The notes: generated from the sequence alone by a model not told the origin. Shown: positions 55,734 through 62,990, counted from the first letter of the stretch. The stretch: DNA of 64,000 nt from a virus (IMGVR_UViG_3300016484_000447:23773-87772); one strand, 5' to 3'. Numbers and translations: made by a program.

Positions 55734-56111
55734 ATGCCCCGCTACATCCTGACCACCGCCCGCCCCCTGGACAAGACCGACATTAACGAGGTTCTCTCCC
55801 GCCTGCCTGTGGCTGGCCCTGCAACCCTTGAAGATGTCCGCCCCCGCCTGGAAGTGTACGGGCGCCGCTGGTGGCAACAGTCTTACGGCAACACCTACCA
55901 TAGTGTGCGGGTTTTGCTGGATGGCGTCGAGGTGGCACACTGCCCCTATGCCTACGGCTACGGGTCCGCGTACAGTCAAACCGCCGTGAAACTGCTGAAG
56001 CAAGCCGGGATTGTTCCGAGCGATCACCGCGCCGTCGGTGCCTGGGGCCTGTCCGACCTTTTCGACGTGGTGGAAAACGTGGAAGACGTGCAACGGAAGA
56101 AAGACCTTTGA
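55734..56111 (+). CDS. hypothetical protein (array gene i)
   Basis: 125 aa from MPRYILTT. Confidence 0.45.
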   Translation: MPRYILTTARPLDKTDINEVLSRLPVAGPATLEDVRPRLEVYGRRWWQQSYGNTYHSVRVLLDGVEVAHCPYAYGYGSAYSQTAVKLLKQAGIVPSDHRAVGAWGLSDLFDVVENVEDVQRKKDL

Positions 56112-56123
56112 AGCTGTGGGGGC

Positions 56124-56153
56124 TTGACAAGTCCCCCGCAATTCTCAACAATG
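56124..56153 (+). promoter_or_regulatory. repeated promoter unit P5 (GGGGGCTTGACAAGTCCCCC; ...CAATGG + GAACCACTG)
   Basis: TTGACA embedded in G5/C5 dyad. Leader variant of P1. Confidence 0.4.
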
Positions 56154-56205
56154 GGAACCACTGGAAGGCAACCCGCCGACCTGCAACACGTCAACACCTG
56201 ACACC

Positions 56206-56616
56206 ATGAACGCCGAAAACCTGACCCCAGCCGCCCGATTCTTCTACGATCACGCCGGGTATTCCTACAGCCCCGCCACGGAAACAGCGGAAGCCGGGCG
56301 CATCCGCTGCGCCCTTGCCCTGGCTGAAGCTGAAGAGAAGGGCGAAGCCCTGGGCTATTGCGTCCGCTGGGGCGTTGACCCTGACGTGACATCTGCCGAT
56401 TGGGTGGAAGCCGGGCAACCGGGAAGCAAGGGGCACCGCCCGTGGGCGACGTGGCAAGCGACGTGCTACGGGCCGACCCCTGAAGACGAAACCGAAGAGG
56501 CCCCGATTCTGGCAAGCCTGGGCGGGGTTGATTTTGGCCGCAATGGTTCGCCGTTTGGCGACGATTACGCCCGTGTCGTCCGCGCCGAACTCTTCGCCGA
56601 AGCCCTGGAAACCTGA
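56206..56616 (+). CDS. hypothetical acidic protein (array gene j)
   Basis: 136 aa. Confidence 0.45.
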   Translation: MNAENLTPAARFFYDHAGYSYSPATETAEAGRIRCALALAEAEEKGEALGYCVRWGVDPDVTSADWVEAGQPGSKGHRPWATWQATCYGPTPEDETEEAPILASLGGVDFGRNGSPFGDDYARVVRAELFAEALET

Positions 56617-56638
56617 ACCCGCCCGCAAGGGCTGCACA

Positions 56639-56764
56639 ATGTACACCATCAAGAAAACCGGCGCCCTGTGGCAAGTCCTGAGCCCTTCCGGGCTTGTCCA
56701 ATTCCAAAGCCTGCGCCGCATCAACTGCACCGATTGGGTGCGCCAACAATCCCCGACGAACTGA
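56639..56764 (+). CDS. very small ORF (array gene k)
   Basis: 41 aa from MYTIKK. No clear RBS. Confidence 0.2.
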   Translation: MYTIKKTGALWQVLSPSGLVQFQSLRRINCTDWVRQQSPTN

Positions 56765-56781
56765 CCAAAGGAACCGACACC

Positions 56782-56913
56782 ATGCAAGGCAACGCCCACA
56801 CCATCAAGACCCGCAAGACGCAAGCCCCGCAGCGCCCGCGCCTGTCCGAAGAGGCCCGCGCCCGCCGTGCGAAGGCGAAAACCTGGGAGCGAGCCCCCCG
56901 CGCCTGGGCCTAA
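56782..56913 (+). CDS. very small basic ORF (array gene l)
   Basis: 43 aa from MQGNAH. AAAGGAA RBS. Confidence 0.3.
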   Translation: MQGNAHTIKTRKTQAPQRPRLSEEARARRAKAKTWERAPRAWA

Positions 56914-57018
56914 ACGCCCCGCAGAAGCCCGAACGCCTGCCAGTCTAGGCTACCCCACAGCCCCGCCCGCCCCGGGGCTTCTAGAGGCTTACAGCAAAGA
57001 CCCCACAACCCGCTAAGG

Positions 57019-57049
57019 TTGACACCCGGGCGGGTTTTGGTGCTATAGT
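57019..57049 (+). promoter_or_regulatory. repeated promoter unit P6 (TTGACA-19-TGcTATAGT in loop of GGTGC...GCACC hairpin)
   Basis: Spacer contains ACCCG-G-CGGGT-TTTT. The -10 TATAGT lies in the loop of a 5-bp-stem hairpin. GGAG then ATG 57095. Confidence 0.5.
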
Positions 57050-57094
57050 TGCACCATCGCAACCCGCCGCAAGGCACACCACGGAGCCCGCAAC

Positions 57095-57304
57095 ATGGCG
57101 AACTTTATCAAGACCCTGCAAGCCGAAAAGGCCGAAGCCGAAGCCCGCACCGCTGCGACCCTGGAAGCCCTGGAAGAATTCCGCGCCCTGCTGCTGTCGC
57201 CGAAGCATCAAGGGACTGCCCCGGATGGCACCCGTAATGACTGGATCAGCACGGGCGACGTGCTGCGCCGCCTGGAAATGATCCGGCAAGCGTTGACGGG
57301 ATAA
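57095..57304 (+). CDS. small hypothetical protein, coiled-coil (array gene m)
   Basis: 69 aa. Confidence 0.45.
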   Translation: MANFIKTLQAEKAEAEARTAATLEALEEFRALLLSPKHQGTAPDGTRNDWISTGDVLRRLEMIRQALTG

Positions 57305-57323
57305 CCCCGAAACGTGTAGGGGC

Positions 57324-57353
57324 TTGACACCAAGCCCCGAAGCCTGCACAATG
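57324..57353 (+). promoter_or_regulatory. repeated promoter unit P7 (perfect dyad GGGGCTTG-ACAC-CAAGCCCC; TGCACAATGC; leader as P4)
   Basis: TTGACA in 8-bp perfect dyad. The 24-nt leader is identical to P4's. Confidence 0.4.
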
Positions 57354-57389
57354 CAAAGCATCGAAACACAGCGCCACGGAGCCGACACA

Positions 57390-57617
57390 ATGAACCAAGC
57401 CGCCGCCCTTCAAGTCATCGCCATTGCAACCCGCGTGCAAAGCATCGCCAGCATGGCCGATTCTTCCGCGCTGTGCCTGAAGGATGCCCGCGCCCTGGCT
57501 GACCGCAGCGCCTGGAAGTATGCGACCGAACGCGCCCTGAAGGCGATTTTGTACGCTGTGGGGGTGTATGGTCCCGCCTACCGCGAAGCCTGCGCCGTGC
57601 TGGCTTCCCACGCCTGA
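57390..57617 (+). CDS. small hypothetical protein (array gene n)
   Basis: 75 aa from MNQAAAL. Confidence 0.45.
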   Translation: MNQAAALQVIAIATRVQSIASMADSSALCLKDARALADRSAWKYATERALKAILYAVGVYGPAYREACAVLASHA

Positions 57618-57659
57618 GAATGCAACCCGCCCCGCAAGGGGCGCCCCGGAGCCCATGCC

Positions 57660-57860
57660 ATGATCTACATTCAACGCAAGCAAGGCCGCGACCTTGAAAC
57701 CGTGGACGAATTCCCGACCCGAAAGGAAGCCCGCGCCATGCTGGCAGAGTACCGCATGAGCGACCCGGGCGCCCATTTCTACACGTCGGGCCGGGCCTGT
57801 CGCGCCTGGGCTGAAAAGACCGCAGCGCCAGCAAAGCCCGACAAAAACGCTAAGGCTTGA
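57660..57860 (+). CDS. small hypothetical protein (array gene o)
   Basis: 66 aa. Preceded by GCCCCGCAAGGGGCGCC hairpin and GGAG. Confidence 0.4.
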   Translation: MIYIQRKQGRDLETVDEFPTRKEARAMLAEYRMSDPGAHFYTSGRACRAWAEKTAAPAKPDKNAKA

Positions 57861-57887
57861 CACTTCGCCCCGCCCGTGTGCTACACT
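57857..57887 (+). promoter_or_regulatory. repeated promoter unit P8 (TTGACA-19-TGcTACACT; leader GCAAGCACTGCAAC)
   Basis: Overlaps the stop of gene o. ATG 57920. Confidence 0.45.
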
Positions 57888-57919
57888 GCAAGCACTGCAA
57901 CGAACAAAGGCCCGATGCC

Positions 57920-58078
57920 ATGACCGAAAACCAAAAGTTTGCCCTTGAACTGCTGGGCTACCTGCCTGCGGGTTACGTGCTGGTCTGCGAACTGATGAAC
58001 CACCGGGCCTGCGATCTTTGGGGCCGGGCTGGCGCCATTTGCGTCAACGGGCGCACCGTGTACATTTTCAAAATCTGA
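57920..58078 (+). CDS. small Cys-containing ORF (array gene p)
   Basis: 52 aa from MTENQKF. Confidence 0.35.
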   Translation: MTENQKFALELLGYLPAGYVLVCELMNHRACDLWGRAGAICVNGRTVYIFKI

Positions 58079-58087
58079 GGCCACACC

Positions 58088-58729
58088 ATGACCGCACCGC
58101 ACTACACCCCCGCCCGCTACATCGTCCAATTCACCGCAAACCCTGCCACGGGTAAGGGTTCTGTCTGCTGTATCGTGGACACCTGGGGAGTGTATCCCCA
58201 GACGAAGGCCGGGGGTTTGAACGCCCACCGCATCGCCGCCGACTGGAACGCCGGACGCCTGAACCGACACGAAGCCGCAGCAATCGCCCGGCATTTCATG
58301 ATCGCCGCAATCTTCGCCGATGCCCCCGAAGGCACCGCGCCCCGACCGACTGCCCGCGCCCTGGAAGTCGCCGAAGAACTGGCCCGCGAGTTTGTCGCCG
58401 CCCTGGGCCTGCCCCTGTTCCGCGCCTGCCTGGACGCCTACACCGCCGAAGGGCTGCACCCCGACTGCCATGGGGACGCCTGCGCCGCTTTCGGGCATGA
58501 CCTTTATCTGACCCTGGACGGACACGGGGCCGGATTCTGGGACCGGGACGCCCTGGCATGGGACCACAACCCCGAAGAATGCGCCCGCCTGGGGCTTGCG
58601 AAGGGGCAGACCATCGGGGAGAAAATCACCGAAGCGTGCGAGGCTTCCCGCTGGCGTGACGTTGACGGGCTGGAATTTTACCGGGGCTGGGTCTACCTGC
58701 GCGAGCCGATGAAGCCCGCCAATACCTGA
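58088..58729 (+). CDS. hypothetical protein (array gene q), largest in array
   Basis: 213 aa. GAGG RBS. Cys/His-containing (CHGDAC). Confidence 0.5.
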   Translation: MTAPHYTPARYIVQFTANPATGKGSVCCIVDTWGVYPQTKAGGLNAHRIAADWNAGRLNRHEAAAIARHFMIAAIFADAPEGTAPRPTARALEVAEELAREFVAALGLPLFRACLDAYTAEGLHPDCHGDACAAFGHDLYLTLDGHGAGFWDRDALAWDHNPEECARLGLAKGQTIGEKITEACEASRWRDVDGLEFYRGWVYLREPMKPANT

Positions 58730-58744
58730 CAGAACCAAAGGGGC

Positions 58745-58774
58745 TTGACACCTGGGGCGAAAGTCTGCACAATG
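58745..58774 (+). promoter_or_regulatory. repeated promoter unit P9 (TTGACA ... TGCACAATGG + GGGAACCACTGCAACACA)
   Basis: Leader identical to P1/P2. GGAG then ATG 58810. Confidence 0.45.
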
Positions 58775-58809
58775 GGAACCACTGCAACACACAACCCGGA
58801 GCGCACACC

Positions 58810-58998
58810 ATGACCAAGAGCCCGCAAAACATCGGCGACACCCTGAGCTTCAAGACCCCGAAGGGCGAAGCCCTGACGGGCACCATTGAAGGCCGGGCAT
58901 GGTTTGGCGACTGGGTGCAATCCTACGATGTCCGCACCCCCGAGGGGCACCGCTACACTGTCAACACGTCCGGGGAATCCGGGCACCGCTACGCCTGA
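58810..58998 (+). CDS. small hypothetical protein (array gene r)
   Basis: 62 aa. Confidence 0.45.
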   Translation: MTKSPQNIGDTLSFKTPKGEALTGTIEGRAWFGDWVQSYDVRTPEGHRYTVNTSGESGHRYA

Positions 58999-59110
58999 CC
59001 CCACGGCAAAGCCCCTACAAACAATGGGGGCTTTCCTGTGGAGCCTGAAACTCCGCTACACTGTGACCACCACAACCCGCCACAATGGCAACTGAAAGGA
59101 AACCGACACC

Positions 59111-59293
59111 ATGAACGCCGCTCAACGTCGCACCGCCCGCCGCACCATCGCCCGCGCTTTCCCGACCGGCGCCAGCGTGACCACCCCGAAGGGCACCGCC
59201 GCCACCGTGACGGGGCACACCCCCGCCGCCGTGCTGGTGAAGCTGCGCAACGGCCACCGCGCCGCGTACCGTCCCGCCGTGCTGGGCCTGTAA
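59111..59293 (+). CDS. small basic protein (array gene s)
   Basis: 60 aa. AAAGGAAA RBS. TACACT -10-like upstream without a clear -35. Confidence 0.4.
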   Translation: MNAAQRRTARRTIARAFPTGASVTTPKGTAATVTGHTPAAVLVKLRNGHRAAYRPAVLGL

Positions 59294-59382
59294 GCCCGCA
59301 CACAAGCCCGCTAGGGGCTTGCGGAAGGGGCCGACACCCTGACCCCTTCCGCCAATCCCTGCAACGCTAGAAAGCCCCGACA

Positions 59383-59565
59383 ATGGCCCGCATAACGCCC
59401 CGTTTCCTGACCCGCCGCACCGCTGCGAGCTATCGCCACACAGACGAAGTGCCCGCAGAGTTTGGCGCCTGCATGAGTGGGCACCGTGACCGGGGCGAGG
59501 TGGGATTTTCCCTGACCCGCGACGAACCCGGGGAGCCGCTGCCCGAGGGTTCCCGCTGGCTTTGA
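59383..59565 (+). CDS. small hypothetical protein (array gene t)
   Basis: 60 aa. Preceded by 8-bp-stem hairpin GGAAGGGG...CCCCTTCC and a degenerate GGGGCTTGCGG unit. Confidence 0.35.
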   Translation: MARITPRFLTRRTAASYRHTDEVPAEFGACMSGHRDRGEVGFSLTRDEPGEPLPEGSRWL

Positions 59566-59572
59566 AAAACTG

Positions 59573-59603
59573 TTGACCGCTGGCGCCTGTGCTGTGCTAT
59601 GAT
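59573..59603 (+). promoter_or_regulatory. orphan promoter unit P14 (TTGACC-19-TGcTATGAT, -10 in loop of GCTGTGC...GCACAGC hairpin) with no ORF before P10
   Basis: Good extended -10. About 100 nt follow to the next promoter with no ORF, so it may drive a small non-coding RNA. Confidence 0.4.
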
Positions 59604-59705
59604 GTAGGCACAGCATCGGGAACCGGCGCCGGGTGCATAATCCACCCCTGCGCGTTTGCTTTTCACTCTCACATTGCGGAAAGCCCCCCCCACAGAAGAT
59701 AGGAT

Positions 59706-59735
59706 TTGACACCACCCGCAGACATCGCCACAATG
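59706..59735 (+). promoter_or_regulatory. repeated promoter unit P10 (TTGACA ... CACAATGG + GGGAACCACTGCAACACA)
   Basis: Leader as P1. GGAG then ATG 59775. Confidence 0.45.
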
Positions 59736-59774
59736 GGAACCACTGCAACACACCACCGCAACGGAGCAAACACC

Positions 59775-60113
59775 ATGCAAAACGCCATCGCCGAAATCAT
59801 CTCCACCATGACCGAGAATGTGCAAGCCCTGGAAGCCCTGGGCGAGTCCCTGAAGGGTCAAGACCTGGGCGCCGTGTACGTGCTGGAAAATCAGGGGTTT
59901 TTCGTCTGTGTCGAGTCTGGCAAGGCTTCCGCCTGTGGCCTGATTGGTGCGAGCCGCCACACTCAAGCCGAAGCCCTGAAGCTGGCCCGCATCGTCAAGA
60001 ATGGCAACAATCACCCCGCCCGCGCCCTGCCCCTGGGTGAAGCCCTGGCGCACGAACTGGCGCAAGCCCGCGAAACCCTGGCCGACATCGAAGCCCGCGC
60101 CGCCTCCCTGTGA
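59775..60113 (+). CDS. hypothetical protein (array gene u)
   Basis: 112 aa from MQNAIAEI. Confidence 0.45.
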   Translation: MQNAIAEIISTMTENVQALEALGESLKGQDLGAVYVLENQGFFVCVESGKASACGLIGASRHTQAEALKLARIVKNGNNHPARALPLGEALAHELAQARETLADIEARAASL

Positions 60114-60145
60114 ACTGAGGCAAAGCCCCTGCGAATTGTAGGGGC

Positions 60146-60176
60146 TTGACACCTAGCCCCGCTTCCGTGCCATAAT
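60146..60176 (+). promoter_or_regulatory. repeated promoter unit P11 (AAGCCCCT...AGGGGCTTGACAC; TGcCATAAT in GCCAT-A-ATGGC hairpin)
   Basis: Upstream hairpin shares its 3' arm with the -35. Extended -10 CATAAT. GGAG then ATG 60221. Confidence 0.5.
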
Positions 60177-60220
60177 GGCATCACTGCGAACGAAACGCAG
60201 CAATCAACGGAGTGCAGACC

Positions 60221-60403
60221 ATGCGCAAGATTCACGAAGTCACCGGCCCGAAGGGCACCGCCAAAATCTACCGCGATGCCGAGTGGCAAGAGTACCGCGT
60301 GAAGTTTTTCACGCCCGAGGGTGAACACCTGAAGGAAGCCGACCACCACACCGACGACAAGGGCGACGCGAAGCAAACCGCCGAAACCTGGGCGAACTCC
60401 TAA
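60221..60403 (+). CDS. small hypothetical protein (array gene v)
   Basis: 60 aa from MRKIHEV. His/Asp-rich C-terminus. Confidence 0.4.
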   Translation: MRKIHEVTGPKGTAKIYRDAEWQEYRVKFFTPEGEHLKEADHHTDDKGDAKQTAETWANS

Positions 60404-60460
60404 GCAAGCCGAAGCCCCGGGGAAGCCCGGGGCATTCTCAACTCTGAGACAGTCCACGCC

Positions 60461-60811
60461 ATGACCTACACCAGCAAAGGCGCCCGCGCCCTTCAAGCCC
60501 TGACCGCAAAGCATGGGCGCCCCGTTGACTGGCCCGAAGTGGCCCCCGCCCTGTCCCCGCTCATCCTGCGCCGCTTGCGTACCCTGCGGGCTGACAATGC
60601 CCACGGTATCGCCTACGCCGTGGCCGCTGAAGCCCTGGGGCTTGATGCCCTGCGGGTGAAGCTGGAAGACATCAACGCGCAACACCACCGGCGCGGCTGG
60701 CTGACCCCTGAACTGTCCACCGCCCGCAATGCCGCGTATGACGAACTTTTGACCGAAGCCCGGCGCCTGCTGTCCGCTGACGAATTCGCCGCCCTTTACG
60801 CCTGTTTCTGA
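60461..60811 (+). CDS. hypothetical protein (array gene w)
   Basis: 116 aa. Preceded by CCCCGGGG-containing hairpin. Confidence 0.4.
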   Translation: MTYTSKGARALQALTAKHGRPVDWPEVAPALSPLILRRLRTLRADNAHGIAYAVAAEALGLDALRVKLEDINAQHHRRGWLTPELSTARNAAYDELLTEARRLLSADEFAALYACF

Positions 60812-60818
60812 CCCTACC

Positions 60819-61196
60819 ATGACCACAGCCACCGCCCCCGCCGTTTTCTATGTCTCGACCCTGGGCACCCCCGAAGGGGGGCCGGGCGATTACCTGGGCG
60901 AAGCCCCCACAGCCGCCGAAGCCCTGGCCCTGTGCCGCCTGTCCTGCGAGATTCGCAAAGGCCCGCCCGCTGACACCACCACCCGGGCCGGGTCTGCCCG
61001 CCTGACGTTTCAACCCTGGCGCCTGACCCTGGGAACCCGCGAGAAAGTCGCGCAGCGCAAGCCCTGGGCGCTGTTTGTGGGCGGGTCTGCTGTCAACGCC
61101 TACGCCACGCAAGCCGAAGCCCTGGGGCACTGTCTGGCCCGCTATAGCGTGGCCCTGCCCGCCCTGGTTGACGAGTCCGGGAAGCTGTACCGCTGA
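60819..61196 (+). CDS. hypothetical protein (array gene x)
   Basis: 125 aa. 7-nt gap after gene w. Confidence 0.4.
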   Translation: MTTATAPAVFYVSTLGTPEGGPGDYLGEAPTAAEALALCRLSCEIRKGPPADTTTRAGSARLTFQPWRLTLGTREKVAQRKPWALFVGGSAVNAYATQAEALGHCLARYSVALPALVDESGKLYR

Positions 61197-61226
61197 CCAC
61201 AGAAAGACCCCGCCCCGTGTAGGGGC

Positions 61227-61257
61227 TTGACACTTTCGGGCGCCCTGGTGTTATGAT
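61227..61257 (+). promoter_or_regulatory. repeated promoter unit P12 (TTGACA-19-TGtTATGAT in loop of GGTGT...ACACC hairpin)
   Basis: GGGCGCCC palindrome in spacer. GGAG then ATG 61290. Confidence 0.5.
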
Positions 61258-61289
61258 GACACCACACCAAACGCAACGGAGCCCGAAAC

Positions 61290-61646
61290 ATGCACACCCC
61301 CGCAATCACCGTTTACGCTGACCTCTGGCTGACCGCTGACGCCTACAATCCGCGCCTGCGTGCCACTGTCCCGGGTTCCTGGGTTCTGCGCCTGTGGGAT
61401 CGCCTGCCGGGTCAATTCCTGTCGGCCCCTGTGCCTGAATTCTACGGGAACACTCCCGACGAAGCGAAGCGCAACGCCGTGCAAGCCCTGAAGGGCTACG
61501 GGGTGCGGGGAGTGCTGAAGGTTACGCGCTGCGACGGTGACGCCCGCGAAGCCGCAGAGTCCGCAGAGTGGGAGCGGGAGCAGCGTCAAACCCTATGGGC
61601 TGAAATGGGGGGCTATGCTGCGGGTATCCCCCGCCCGTGCCACTGA
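61290..61646 (+). CDS. hypothetical protein (array gene y)
   Basis: 118 aa. Last gene of array, followed by terminators. Confidence 0.45.
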   Translation: MHTPAITVYADLWLTADAYNPRLRATVPGSWVLRLWDRLPGQFLSAPVPEFYGNTPDEAKRNAVQALKGYGVRGVLKVTRCDGDAREAAESAEWEREQRQTLWAEMGGYAAGIPRPCH

Positions 61647-61710
61647 CCACGGCAGACCCTTATTAGCCCTGTACAGGGCCAGCAAAACCGGCCCCAAACG
61701 GGGCCATTCT

Positions 61711-61731
61711 GGGGCCTTTTGGCCCCTTTTT
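61711..61731 (+). terminator. rho-independent terminator
   Basis: GGGGCC-TTTT-GGCCCC followed by TTTTTG. Confidence 0.6.
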
Positions 61732-61752
61732 GCGCCTGGGCGCCAGCACTGC

Positions 61753-62040
61753 CACAAGCCCAAAGCACAAGCAAGGGCGAAGCCCTGGGCGCCCCTGGCG
61801 CAAGCCGGGAAAGACCACAAGCACAACCACAAGCACGGGGCGAGCCGCTACCCGCGCCCCGCCCCAAAGTCTCAGAAAACCGGCCCCGAATGGGGCTTTT
61901 TGTGCTGGCCCCGTCCGGGGCTATACGTGCCCACAAGCGAAAGCCCACAAGCGAAAAAGTGTTGCGCAGCAACAACATAGGGCAATGCCTGCGCCTGGGG
62001 CGCCATACAGCACACAAGCACAAACCCACAGAAAAGCACA
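61753..62040. repeat. CACAAGC direct-repeat tract (>=7 exact copies plus variants; includes 14-bp tandem CCCACAAGCGAAAG x2)
   Basis: Exact CACAAGC at 61753, 61766, 61816, 61828, 61932, 61946, 62013. Variants CACAACC and CACAAAC. Non-coding (no RBS-led ORF). Confidence 0.5.
61881..61901 (+). terminator. rho-independent terminator (second)
   Basis: CCGGCCCC-GAAT-GGGGC followed by TTTTTG. Confidence 0.5.
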
Positions 62041-62218
62041 CAGCACCGGGAAGGGCTTAAATCAGCCCTGGAAGGGCCTAATGCACTGCCCCGAAGGGGC
62101 AGGGCTTGCCCGCGCCCTGGGGCGCCTGTAGGGGCTAAAAAGGGGCTTCATGGGGCGATAGCTTGGGGCTATGCTCTATGGGCTTGCGATAGTGAAGGGA
62201 GGGGGTTTGCTTGATCGC

Positions 62219-62251
62219 AGTTTGCGAAGAACACCAAACGTGGCGTTTTCG
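62219..62251. other. imperfect dyad TTGCGAAGAACAC-N7-GGCGTTTTCGCAA, candidate recombinase site
   Basis: 7-bp perfect inverted ends (TTGCGAA / TTCGCAA), ~33 bp overall, 44 bp downstream of the serine recombinase stop. Shares GGCGTTT(T)CGCAA with the 52.6-kb repeat tract. Confidence 0.3.
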
Positions 62252-62294
62252 CAACAAAGTGGGGCCATTACAGCCTCTGGCCCCGTGGCCCGGG

Positions 62295-62990
62295 TTATCC
62301 CTGCACTCCGAGGGCCTGAAGCCGCTTTAGAACCCCGTGAACCGTGCTAGCGTGCCATTGTCCACCCCTGGCTGTCCTGTTGCCCTGTGCGTTTAGCTCT
62401 GCTGCCATCTGGGCGCACGTCATACCCGCCGACCTCATCCGCAACACCACCGGGGCAAGGTGAAGGGCGAAGCTGTCCGCCTCTGCCTTGATCGCCTGCA
62501 CTGCCGCTGCCCGTGCCCTGGGGCCGCTTTCCTCTGGCGCCCTATGGGACGCTATGCCTAGGGCCTGTCCCCGTGCCTGGAGGGCCTTTAATGCTGCCCT
62601 GGTGCGTTCCCCGATGGTGCGCCGCTCATGCTCTGCCAGCATCGCCTTTAGGTGAAGCTGGAAGGGCTGAACCTCTAGCCCATCCTCTACCGTGGCAAAG
62701 CTGGCCCCTTGGTTCATCAGGGCCGCGACGAACTCAACCGACCGCGATAGTCGGTCAAGCTTGGACACCAGCAAGACGGCCCGCCCCTGGCGTGCCTGTG
62801 CCAGTGCCTGACGTAGACCGGGGCGCCTGTCTAGGCCATAGCCGCCTGACGCTACCTCTTCGACGTGCCCCACCTCTTCCCCTTGGTGCGACTGAATGAA
62901 GCGACGAAGGGCCGCTAGCTGGGCCTCTAACCCATTCCGGCTGTCGCCCTGTTCCTGCGTGCTTACCCTGGTGTAGAGAACGAACCGCAT
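62295..62990 (-). CDS. serine recombinase (resolvase/invertase family) with C-terminal HTH
   Basis: MRFVLYTRVSTQEQ places catalytic Ser at position 10 as in gamma-delta resolvase. Also LVSKLDRLSR and a C-terminal helix-turn-helix. Start placed at second ATG, downstream of a TATAAT. Confidence 0.75.
   Translation of the reverse strand: MRFVLYTRVSTQEQGDSRNGLEAQLAALRRFIQSHQGEEVGHVEEVASGGYGLDRRPGLRQALAQARQGRAVLLVSKLDRLSRSVEFVAALMNQGASFATVEDGLEVQPFQLHLKAMLAEHERRTIGERTRAALKALQARGQALGIASHRAPEESGPRARAAAVQAIKAEADSFALHLAPVVLRMRSAGMTCAQMAAELNAQGNRTARGGQWHASTVHGVLKRLQALGVQG

Noticed and set aside
59316-59382. A further promoter unit upstream of gene t (GGGGCTTGCGG)
   Set aside because: TTGACA is degenerated to TTGCGG and no -10 lies at the right distance. 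Treated as a decayed copy; gene t is probably co-transcribed with gene s.
60011-60832. 273-aa minus-strand ORF across array genes u-w
   Set aside because: Gly/Ala/Val-rich antisense translation. No promoter or RBS. The plus-strand genes have promoter units and GGAG sites.
52904-61260. Interpreting the GGGGC...TTGACAC...GCCCC dyads as intrinsic terminators of the preceding gene or as RNase III sites
   Set aside because: No U-tract follows the hairpins, and the stems are only 5-8 bp (RNase III needs ~20 bp). The perfectly conserved TTGACA and extended -10 at fixed distance fit a promoter role better; a dual role cannot be excluded.
61537-62131. Plus-strand ORFs (61537-61980, 61719-62060, 61730-62131) through the CACAAGC repeat tract
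   Set aside because: No RBS. Translations are Pro/Ala/His/Lys repeats dictated by the DNA repeat (HKHK, PKAQ). Two terminators precede them; better explained as non-coding repeats.
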